Below the pieces are notes generated by a model. The model ran no database searches, was not told the DNA's origin, and was given only the letters and a program-made list of their open reading frames with translations. Shown here piece by piece: positions 56,200 to 64,000 of a stretch of 64,000 bases of DNA. This DNA is from Pseudobdellovibrionaceae bacterium (lineage in GTDB: Bacteria; Bdellovibrionota; Bdellovibrionia; Bdellovibrionales; Bdellovibrionaceae). The position numbers were made by a program, and so were the translations under genes. The stretch covers positions 32,001 through 96,000 of the forward strand of contig JBIKLL010000002.1 in NCBI GenBank assembly GCA_044359815.1, in the 5' to 3' direction. The first letter of the stretch is position 1. The number at the start of each line of letters is the position of its first letter.

Positions 56200-59100
56200 T
56201 TAAAGGGTGTGCTCGGGTGCTCGGCCGTTTGAAAGGTGATCGACTTTTTCGAAAGCCATTTTGATTTCTTTATTTAATTTATGGGTTTTCCTGAATCGCT
56301 CTGTCATCAAGTAAAAACACGGAACTACAAACAAGGTCAAAACTGTAGACAGTAAAACTCCCCCAATGATGGTGATTGCCATGGGTTTAAAAACTTCTGA
56401 TCCATCACCTGTCGCCACAGCTGAGGGAATAGCCGCTGCAATGGTTGCCAGTGAGGTCATTAGGATCGGACGCAATCTGATAGGACAGGCTGTCAACAAG
56501 GCTTCTTTGACAGGCAGATCCTGTTTTTCCCTGACCTGGTTTGTGAATTCCACCAACATAATGGAATTCTTTTTAACAATTCCCATTAAAAGCAAGATTC
56601 CAATCATTGAATAAATATTTAAACTTTGGAAAGTTCCGGCCAGCGCAAACAAAGCCCCCGAGATTGCAAAAGGCAAAGCCATCAAAACCGTGACTGGATC
56701 GATAAATGAATTAAATTGTGAAGCTAAAACCATATAAGAAATAATAAATCCCAAAACTAGAGCTAATAATAAATTACTAAAGGTAGCCTGCATTTCTTTG
56801 GAGCTGCCTTGATTTTTAAAAACATAGCCCTCAGGCAGAATGGCTTTGGCTTTTGTTTCAACAAAGCTCAAAGCATCTTGTTGGGAAACCTTAGGGGCTA
56901 AATTAGCATAAACAGAAATGGCTCTAGATCTATCGACTCTTGAGATCTGTTGCAAACTGTCGCCTTGATCGACTTTTACAACTCTGGATAAAGGCACCAA
57001 GTTCCCTCTGGCATTGCTGATTAATAATTTGTTGATTTCGTCAGTTCTGACGTTTTCTTTTTCCAATTGCAGTCTGATATCATATCGTCGTCCACCGGAT
57101 TCATAATCTCCAACTTTAACCCCACCAATCAGTGAATTAATTGTTTGCCCAATGGATTCAATACTAACCCCATGCATGGCTGCAGAAATTCGATCAGGTT
57201 TTACCTGAACCTCGGGCATACCCATCAGATAATTGGAATCCACATCCACCATCATTTTGCTGTTTTTCATTTCCTCCATGATTTTTTGAGTGCTATCCCA
57301 CAGTGTACCCCAGTCTGCTCCGGTTATCAGAAACTCAATGGGCATGCCTCGCCCCTGGGAAAATCCTCGCATCGATAAATCCTGCATGCGCGCTTTTGCG
57401 TCTTTGATCTTAGAAATTTCTGTGCGCGCATAATTCATAAAGCTTTGCTGTGACATTTTTCTGTCCGCCTTGGGAACTAAGGTCACAAAAAACATTGATG
57501 TATTGCCTTCACCAGCGCCGCCACCAAAACCACCCACAGCCGCGTAGACTTGCTTGATTTCTTTCTGCGAATAAAGCCAGTCCTCAACATCCTTTGTGAC
57601 TTTGTCGGTGTACTGAATGCTGGATCCAACTGGAGTCTGCATGCGAATCAAAAACAAACTTTGATCCTGTGCCGGAGTGAATTCTTTGTTTACAAATTTA
57701 ACCGTAAAAAATGAAAGGACCATAAACACAATAGAGCCAATGACAACTTTGCCTCGGTGGGGCAGCAAAAAAACCAGCCATTTTTTGTATGAAACTTCCA
57801 TGGCACGCATAGAAGCCTCAATCCATCTGCCCAAACGAGTTGTGCGTTCGTGTGAAGCCGTGAAGGATGACGCCCTCATTGGCGTTATCGTCAAAGCTTC
57901 AAGCAACGAAAACAATACAGCCAAGGAAATTGTAACTCCAAATTGTAAAAAGAATTTGCCAATAATGCCCTTCATAAATGCAACTGGTAAAAAGATCGCG
58001 ATAACGGCAACAGTTGCTGCCAATGCCGCGAAGGCAATTTCACGAGTGCCCATAATTGCTGATTCAACCTTGCCCTTTTTTAATTGCTGGTATCTGAAAA
58101 TATTTTCCAAAACCATGATCGCATCATCAACCACGATGCCAATTGCCAGAGTCAAACCCAGCAGTGAAAAAGTATTCAGCGTAAAATTAAAAACATACAT
58201 CCCAATAAAAGCACCCATGATTGAAGTCGGGATGGACAGCAACACATTAAAAGTAGCGCTCCAGCTTCCCAGAAAAAGCAAACACACAATGCTGGTTAAT
58301 AAAATTGCTAACAGTAAATGTTTTTCCAGTTCTTTGATTGAATATTTAATAAATCGGGTTGAATCAAAATTCACTTTCAGTGAAACGCCTTCAGGCAAGC
58401 TCTTTTGAAATTCATTAACAACCTTTGTGACGTTTTCTGCGACTTCGACTGCGTTTGAGCCTCTTTGCTTGACGATTCCCAATCCAATGGCTGATTCACG
58501 GTTAAACCTGGAAATTCTGCGAATGTCATTCAGACCTTCTTCTATGCGAGCGACATCTGAAAGCTTTAACATATTGGTGGGATCTTGAACGGCTAGGCCT
58601 GCACGTTTTGAAATATTGATGGTCCCAAATTCTTGAATTGATTTGGCCTCTCCCATTGTTCGCACATTGTAGGCCTCTTTGCCTTGTTCGATCAATCCAC
58701 CGGGCAGTTCACGGTGTTCGCTCTGAATGGCCGATATAATATCGTTAACAGCAATATTATATCTGTCCAATTTTTCAGGCTGCACCCAAACCCTCAATGC
58801 GGGGTCTACATACCCACCTAAAAAAATCTGTCCTACGCCAGGAACTGTAGTGAATTTATCACGAACAGAATTTCTGGCGTATTTCATTAAAAATTCCGGA
58901 TCATTTTTATTGTAACTGAGCGCTAGCCACATTATCGGCTGATCTTCCGGATTGAATTTTGTAATCACAGCAGGATCAATGTCTTTGGGTAAGCGCCGCT
59001 GAGCTTGAGCCACTTTTGTTTGAACTTCTTGCAGAGCCACATCGATATTTTTATCTAAGTCAAACTCAAGAGTTATCGAAGCTGAACTTTGTTTTGCACT

Positions 59101-59346
59101 AGAGCTGATTGATTTCAAACCTTCAACAGTCATCACTGCGTCTTCAATAGGATCTATCACAGAGGTTTCCATGACTTCTGGTGCGGCTCCTTCCAATGAA
59201 ACTGTCACAGTTAAAACCGGAAAGTCCACATCTGGCATTTGGCTTACGCCCAATCTGGTAAAGCTGATCCAACCAAACAAAATTATAGATGCCATTAGCA
59301 TCCAAGCCAGTACGGGATTTTTAATTGATACGTCTGAAATTCTCAT
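56200..59346 (-). CDS. RND efflux permease (AcrB/AcrD/AcrF family)
   Basis: Start MRISDVSIKNPV at 59346; MPDVDFP, GIVVDDAI, GIVKKNSI, RLRPILMT. Confidence 0.95.
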   Translation of the reverse strand: MRISDVSIKNPVLAWMLMASIILFGWISFTRLGVSQMPDVDFPVLTVTVSLEGAAPEVMETSVIDPIEDAVMTVEGLKSISSSAKQSSASITLEFDLDKNIDVALQEVQTKVAQAQRRLPKDIDPAVITKFNPEDQPIMWLALSYNKNDPEFLMKYARNSVRDKFTTVPGVGQIFLGGYVDPALRVWVQPEKLDRYNIAVNDIISAIQSEHRELPGGLIEQGKEAYNVRTMGEAKSIQEFGTINISKRAGLAVQDPTNMLKLSDVARIEEGLNDIRRISRFNRESAIGLGIVKQRGSNAVEVAENVTKVVNEFQKSLPEGVSLKVNFDSTRFIKYSIKELEKHLLLAILLTSIVCLLFLGSWSATFNVLLSIPTSIMGAFIGMYVFNFTLNTFSLLGLTLAIGIVVDDAIMVLENIFRYQQLKKGKVESAIMGTREIAFAALAATVAVIAIFLPVAFMKGIIGKFFLQFGVTISLAVLFSLLEALTITPMRASSFTASHERTTRLGRWIEASMRAMEVSYKKWLVFLLPHRGKVVIGSIVFMVLSFFTVKFVNKEFTPAQDQSLFLIRMQTPVGSSIQYTDKVTKDVEDWLYSQKEIKQVYAAVGGFGGGAGEGNTSMFFVTLVPKADRKMSQQSFMNYARTEISKIKDAKARMQDLSMRGFSQGRGMPIEFLITGADWGTLWDSTQKIMEEMKNSKMMVDVDSNYLMGMPEVQVKPDRISAAMHGVSIESIGQTINSLIGGVKVGDYESGGRRYDIRLQLEKENVRTDEINKLLISNARGNLVPLSRVVKVDQGDSLQQISRVDRSRAISVYANLAPKVSQQDALSFVETKAKAILPEGYVFKNQGSSKEMQATFSNLLLALVLGFIISYMVLASQFNSFIDPVTVLMALPFAISGALFALAGTFQSLNIYSMIGILLLMGIVKKNSIMLVEFTNQVREKQDLPVKEALLTACPIRLRPILMTSLATIAAAIPSAVATGDGSEVFKPMAITIIGGVLLSTVLTLFVVPCFYLMTERFRKTHKLNKEIKMAFEKVDHLSNGRAPEHTL

Positions 59347-59413
59347 AGAAGAATGCTTCCTTGAATTAGCTTTGTTGACAAGCTCTAACACCAAAATTAA
59401 TCTTCAGAGCTGG

Positions 59414-60217
59414 ATGAAAAATCTGCTTTCGGTATCATTATTTTGTTTTTCAATTATCAGCTTCGCTTTCGATTTAAATGCAAGAACTGCAGATTCAGTT
59501 TCAATTAAAGTGAATGATTTGAAATCTGCCGGTTCCAGTGCATTGAAAGCCAGTGCCATTAACGAACTTTCCACTCAGAAAATTAACAGCCGACTGGAGT
59601 CCGCCAGTGTAACCCAAGCTGATCTGTTGGTTTTGCAGGATCCTGGGGCAAAACTGAATGAAAATTCCTGGAAGGTTTCAGCCTCAGTTCTGTTACAGAA
59701 AATGAAACCACTAGGTGTTTTTAAGTCTAAAACAGATTTGGTTTTTAATTTTGATTCTTTGGATTCCACCCCAATGCCGGCAATTGAACTGGGTGTCGGC
59801 AGAAATTTAAAATTTAAAAACTATCCTTTTAAAATTTCTGCCTCAGCTCAAGCGGCCTATGCTGTCCAATCAACTCAGACTTATTTTAAAACAGGGTTGT
59901 TGGTTGATAACTCAAGACTGATCATGCAATCAGGGACTGCGGGATTAAATCTGTTACTCAGTAACCCCTGGTTAAACAAAGTTGAATTAGAATTGGGATG
60001 TGGACAGGGAAATTTTAATTATTCCCACCAGGCCAAACAAGATTATGCCAGTTTTAGCGAAGACCTTAAATATACGTTCACTAGTTTGGGCCTGGTTTAT
60101 TCTGTAACAAATTCTTGGGGAGCCTTTTTACGTTTAGAAAATAAAGATCAAACTTCTTCTAGCTCTCTGGCAATCCAGCAGCAAACACAGTCTTTGGGAA
60201 CCAGATTTATATGGTAA
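59414..60217 (+). CDS. Hypothetical outer-membrane beta-barrel-like protein
   Basis: Likely start MKNLLS at 59414 (the longer track ORF overlaps the RND gene); signal peptide; amphipathic strands ending LGTRFIW. Confidence 0.65.
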   Translation: MKNLLSVSLFCFSIISFAFDLNARTADSVSIKVNDLKSAGSSALKASAINELSTQKINSRLESASVTQADLLVLQDPGAKLNENSWKVSASVLLQKMKPLGVFKSKTDLVFNFDSLDSTPMPAIELGVGRNLKFKNYPFKISASAQAAYAVQSTQTYFKTGLLVDNSRLIMQSGTAGLNLLLSNPWLNKVELELGCGQGNFNYSHQAKQDYASFSEDLKYTFTSLGLVYSVTNSWGAFLRLENKDQTSSSSLAIQQQTQSLGTRFIW

Positions 60218-61644
60218 AGTTATTTCTGTTGCTAGTAATGACTTTGACTGCGGCCGAACCAGCGAAAGACGCTTCTGTTAAATCAAAAGCAACTATGTCA
60301 TTGAGCCAGAAAAAAGTTGCCGAGATGGTTATTGCCCAAGGCCCAAGGGCTAAAGAGATAGAAAACAAATATCAGCAAAGCAGATTACCATATATTGAAT
60401 CATTGGCTACCTGGGATTGGACCTTGAAAGCTGATTCGGGTTTTGAAAAAGACAATACAGAAACTTTAGCCAGTCCCGCCCTGAATTATCAAAGGTACAA
60501 ATCAAATCTGAGTCTGGGTAAAAGTTTTTTTACTGGCACTAATGCGCAATTAATTTTTTCAAGAACTTCGCAAAAATCCGATCAATTAACGACTAACCCA
60601 CAGCTGACAGCTGATTTGATGACTTTGGAAATCACTCAAAAACTTTGGAATAACGGCTTTGGATATGGTGATCGTGCAAGGGTTGAAAGTGCCGAAATGA
60701 ATTTCAAGGCTCAACAGATATTGAGGGCAAATGAATTGCAGGATTTAGTATTGGAAGCTGTAAAGTTGTTTTGGAAAACCTATGTTTCACAGGAACAAAT
60801 GCGTCAGGCACTGGGTGCTCGGGACAGATATGAAAAACTGGTCACAGCGGTCAAAAGAAAAAGTGGCCTGGGTTACACCAGCCCCGGCGAATTATTTCAA
60901 GTTCAGGCTGAGTTGCAAATTCGCATCCAGAAAGTCAAAGCAACTTCACAAGATTATTTAAAAAATCTTGATCAATTAAATACTTTGTTGGGTTTACCCA
61001 CATCCACTGAAATCGATTTCGAAATACCCAAAGAAATTCCTGCCATTCCTAAACTGAAGGATGTCGCCATTGATGAGCTCAGATCAATAAAGTCTCAGAA
61101 ACTAAAACTTGAGGCTTCAAAAGCTGACTTAAGTTTAGCCGAGAGCCAATCAAGACCTAGTATAGATTTAGTCGTTAAATCCAGCAGCACTGGAGTTGAC
61201 GAAAGCTCAACGGCTTCTTATGCCGAAATGACGGATGCTCAAAAAAACAAACTTTATACTGGCGTGGCCTTTGAGTACAAATTTGGATCTGGGCTAAATT
61301 CTGAAAAACCTTTTGCAAAAAAAGCAGCTGTCAGCCTGGAGGAATCCAAATTGAATCGTTTTAAACAAGAGGCCATTGATAGTTTGCTCAATATTGAACG
61401 TAAAGTTTCTGCTCAGTATGCTGAGGCTTTGTCGTTTCAGGAACAAAAATCCCTCAGGCAAAAAGCTTATCAAGAGCTGAATAGATCATACAATCAGGGT
61501 CGAACGGATATTTCACGATTGATTGAATCAATGAATGCTTTGTTTGATTCCGAGGTCTCGGCAGTGACTTCATTGGGGAACTACGAAATTTCATTGAATG
61601 AATGGGCAGCTGCCAGAGATGAGTTGATTCCGAATATTAATTAG
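60211..61644 (+). CDS. TolC-family outer-membrane efflux protein
   Basis: Signal peptide, two alpha/beta repeats (LEITQKLW, SRPSIDL, YNQGRTD), adjacent to the RND gene. Confidence 0.82.
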   Translation: MVKLFLLLVMTLTAAEPAKDASVKSKATMSLSQKKVAEMVIAQGPRAKEIENKYQQSRLPYIESLATWDWTLKADSGFEKDNTETLASPALNYQRYKSNLSLGKSFFTGTNAQLIFSRTSQKSDQLTTNPQLTADLMTLEITQKLWNNGFGYGDRARVESAEMNFKAQQILRANELQDLVLEAVKLFWKTYVSQEQMRQALGARDRYEKLVTAVKRKSGLGYTSPGELFQVQAELQIRIQKVKATSQDYLKNLDQLNTLLGLPTSTEIDFEIPKEIPAIPKLKDVAIDELRSIKSQKLKLEASKADLSLAESQSRPSIDLVVKSSSTGVDESSTASYAEMTDAQKNKLYTGVAFEYKFGSGLNSEKPFAKKAAVSLEESKLNRFKQEAIDSLLNIERKVSAQYAEALSFQEQKSLRQKAYQELNRSYNQGRTDISRLIESMNALFDSEVSAVTSLGNYEISLNEWAAARDELIPNIN

Positions 61645-61671
61645 TTCTAGGGGATTGTGCGAGGGGAAAAA

Positions 61672-62634
61672 ATGAAAACAGTCAGCGTAATACTGAGTTT
61701 GTTACTGATAGCCAGTTGTGCATTTAAGGACAATGAGGGTAAAGATGAAGCCAACAGAGAAGACCTGGAAAGGCTTCAAGATTCCAGGGCAAAGCTTGAG
61801 CCCATCAAGGGCACTTGGATTGGTACATTGTCTCGTTCTGGCAAAAGAATTTCAGTCTCTTTGCGGATTGAAGAGTATTTATCCCAAGACCGACGAAATG
61901 ACAGCGGTAATATCGTTTTTAATGCTGACCCCAGTGCCACATTTTATTCAACCAAGGACGCCAGCTACGCACCTGAAACCTTGCTAGGACAATACAGTCC
62001 TGAAAACGGCGAATTGATTTTTATTAAAGCACCTACAACAAATCCCAATGCTGACGATATTGAATCGATGAACTTAGTTTTTGATGGAACTAAGCTTTCT
62101 GGAAACTTGAAAGCCCGGGGATATGTGGTTGGGACTTTGGAATTTTCAAACAGAATCACCACCAATGATTCAGCTGAAGATTTATTTGATGAATACAACA
62201 GATTACTCAAGCTTCAGTACAAGCCTTTGTTAGGATCATTCAGAGGACTGATCAAAGAAACAAACAATCCCCGAGCTAAACAGTATTTTGTATGTGTTGA
62301 GCTTTACACTTATGAAGTTCCAACATCTAACGGCAAGACCCAAGCTGCGTTAGGAGCTTCCTATGTTCGCGAAGACGACAGAAATGGTGGATTTTTTAAA
62401 ATATTAAAAGCTAACTATAATATCAGAACTGTTATTCCACAATTGAGCATGACTTCGCAGTTTCAAGATCAACCAAGGCCTAACCAGTACCAGGTTGAAA
62501 TGAATCTAGTTCCAACCTTTAGATCTGAAAATAAAATTCAATCTTTGGAAGGCACACATATTAATAAATTGTATGGGATTGTTTCAAAAATAAAACTGGA
62601 GCCCTTTAATCGACCTTGCCCACGCCCGAACTAA
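61672..62634 (+). CDS. Hypothetical lipoprotein
   Basis: GAGGGG RBS, lipobox IASC; two apparent beta-rich modules starting GTWIGTL and GSFRGLI. Confidence 0.75.
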   Translation: MKTVSVILSLLLIASCAFKDNEGKDEANREDLERLQDSRAKLEPIKGTWIGTLSRSGKRISVSLRIEEYLSQDRRNDSGNIVFNADPSATFYSTKDASYAPETLLGQYSPENGELIFIKAPTTNPNADDIESMNLVFDGTKLSGNLKARGYVVGTLEFSNRITTNDSAEDLFDEYNRLLKLQYKPLLGSFRGLIKETNNPRAKQYFVCVELYTYEVPTSNGKTQAALGASYVREDDRNGGFFKILKANYNIRTVIPQLSMTSQFQDQPRPNQYQVEMNLVPTFRSENKIQSLEGTHINKLYGIVSKIKLEPFNRPCPRPN

Positions 62635-62640
62635 AATTAG

Positions 62641-62856
62641 GGTGACGGAATTTAATTAATTAATAGAAGAGTTATTTTTCCTGCATATTATTTTTAAAAA
62701 TTCACATATTTATTTTTATTAAAAAGGGTTCTCCGCGGAGCCAGGATGGCGGGGGCAAAGCCCGAGCGGATGAAGCACGAGCTGTAACCCTTTTTAATAA
62801 AAATAAATATGTGAATTTTTAAAAAATAATTATTCTATTAATTAAATTCCGTCGCC
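62641..62856. repeat. Long palindromic element E3 with GC-rich core
   Basis: Perfect 40-bp inverted repeat 62691-62730 / 62786-62825 around a 55-nt GC-rich loop. Outer arms 62641-62668 / 62833-62856 include the sdhB 3' end. Confidence 0.9.
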
Positions 62857-63633
62857 TTGGACAGCTTCGCGCTTGAAGATCGCAGAGGACAGTCTTTCGC
62901 GATTCATTTTTGCTATGTTGGCCAGTGAAATCCCCTTGGGGCAGGCCGCTGAGCAAGATCCGGTCGAAGTGCATGCACCAAAGCCCTCTTGGTCCATGGT
63001 GGCAACCATGTTTTCTACTCTTTCAAATCTTTCAACCTGACCTTGAGGAAGCAAAGCCAGATGGGAAACCTTGGCTGATACAAACAACATTGCAGAAGCA
63101 TTTTTGCAACTGGCCACACAGGCTCCGCATCCAATGCATTCTGCCGCTGAAAACGCTGCATCGGCATCGGGTTTTGGTATGGGCAAGCTATTGGCATCTT
63201 TTGCATTACCTGTATCAACAGAAATAAATCCGCCCGAAGTAATGATTCTGTCAAAAGCTGATCGGTCTACCATCAGATCTTTGATTACTGGAAAGGACTG
63301 AGCCCTCCAAGGTTCCAAGGTCAGGGTTTCACCGTCTTTAAAAACTCTCATATGCAGCTGACAGACAGTGGTGTGTTTTTGTGGGCCATGAGCGTTTCCA
63401 TTGATCATAAATCCGCAACTTCCGCATATTCCTTCGCGGCAATCATGATCAAAAGCAATCGGTTCTTCACCCTTTAAAACCAAGCCTTCGTTGACCTGAT
63501 CAAGCATTTCTAAAAAACTGGAGTCTTCTGAAACCCCCTTAGCATCATAATTAACAAACTTGCCTTCTGATTTGCCGGTTTGTCGCCAAACTTTCAAAAC
63601 TAGATTTAATAATTTTCCGCCAGTTCCACCCAT
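62842..63633 (-). CDS. sdhB: Succinate dehydrogenase/fumarate reductase iron-sulfur subunit
   Basis: [31 protein letters not shown]. Confidence 0.95.
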   Translation of the reverse strand: MGGTGGKLLNLVLKVWRQTGKSEGKFVNYDAKGVSEDSSFLEMLDQVNEGLVLKGEEPIAFDHDCREGICGSCGFMINGNAHGPQKHTTVCQLHMRVFKDGETLTLEPWRAQSFPVIKDLMVDRSAFDRIITSGGFISVDTGNAKDANSLPIPKPDADAAFSAAECIGCGACVASCKNASAMLFVSAKVSHLALLPQGQVERFERVENMVATMDQEGFGACTSTGSCSAACPKGISLANIAKMNRERLSSAIFKREAVQGDGI

Positions 63634-63641
63634 TCAATTCC

Positions 63642-64000
63642 TCACTTATAGCTTCTGGTAGCCAGTTTAACATTTTCAAATTTTAATTCTTCTTTGTGCA
63701 GTTTCGCCTTTTGATTTCCTTGATTCTCCCAGGCGGCAACATAACAGAAATTTTGGTCATCACGCTTAGCTTCATTATCTGGTGTTTGGTATTCTTCCCT
63801 AAAATGTCCACCGCAAGATTCTTTACGCTCAAGAGCATCCAAACACATCAGCTCACCCAATTCTAAAAAGTCCGCAACACGACCCGCTTTCTCAAGCTCA
63901 GGATTGACACCCTTTGCAGTGCCTGGAATTTTAATATCATTCCAGAATTGCTCTTTCAGTTTCGGAATGATTTCCAGCGCTTTTTTCAACCCAACTTCGC
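63642..64000 (-). CDS. sdhA: Succinate dehydrogenase/fumarate reductase flavoprotein subunit, C-terminal part (gene extends beyond the window)
   Basis: DALERKESCGGHFREEY...RSYK; directly upstream of sdhB. Confidence 0.92.
   Translation of the reverse strand, partial: EVGLKKALEIIPKLKEQFWNDIKIPGTAKGVNPELEKAGRVADFLELGELMCLDALERKESCGGHFREEYQTPDNEAKRDDQNFCYVAAWENQGNQKAKLHKEELKFENVKLATRSYK

Noticed and set aside
57677..58408. 243-aa plus-strand ORF (likewise 29114-29659 and 50636-51046)
   Set aside because: Essentially antisense to well-supported genes (RND pump, Ppx/GppA, rplI); typical stop-poor shadow frames.
59171..59413. Apparent head-to-head overlap of the RND gene and the 348-aa ORF (also ligA/gatC, murD/phosphoesterase, ftsK/queE)
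   Set aside because: Artefact of longest-ORF start selection. Downstream starts with signal peptides, RBSs or family-typical N-termini remove the overlaps.

Overview
A 64 kb, AT-rich, gene-dense chromosomal segment from what is very probably a predatory Bdellovibrionota bacterium. This is inferred from a Bd0055-like histone, an FQNC-type lipoprotein, a GYF-TPR protein, and Tad- and PilZ-type proteins. Most of it is core housekeeping: priA (partial), galU, nagZ, tRNA-Ser(UGA)/serS, rho-rpmE-prfA-prmC-murA, gatCAB, ligA, murD, dapF-dapA-dapB, ftsK, queE-fis-dnaB, rpsF-DUF2232-rplI, an RND pump with TolC, and sdhB/sdhA (partial). Many envelope proteins of unknown function are interspersed. I saw no integrase, transposase, CRISPR array or rRNA. 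Highlights: (1) a 64-aa bacterial histone-fold gene convergent on ligA; (2) nested palindromic elements downstream of tRNA-Ser, built from inverted and interrupted copies of the tRNA 3' end with covarying internal stems, plus a long palindrome carrying an inverted copy of the sdhB 3' end; (3) an unannotated 42-aa very basic ORF; (4) a recurring intergenic palindrome GTCTCA-N3-TGAGAC; (5) a 3'UTR double hairpin with anti-Shine-Dalgarno CCCCUCC loops; (6) an S6:S18-type leader on an rpsF operon lacking rpsR. All calls come from reading motifs by eye; no database searches were run. Several start codons were moved from the supplied ORF track using RBS and overlap evidence.
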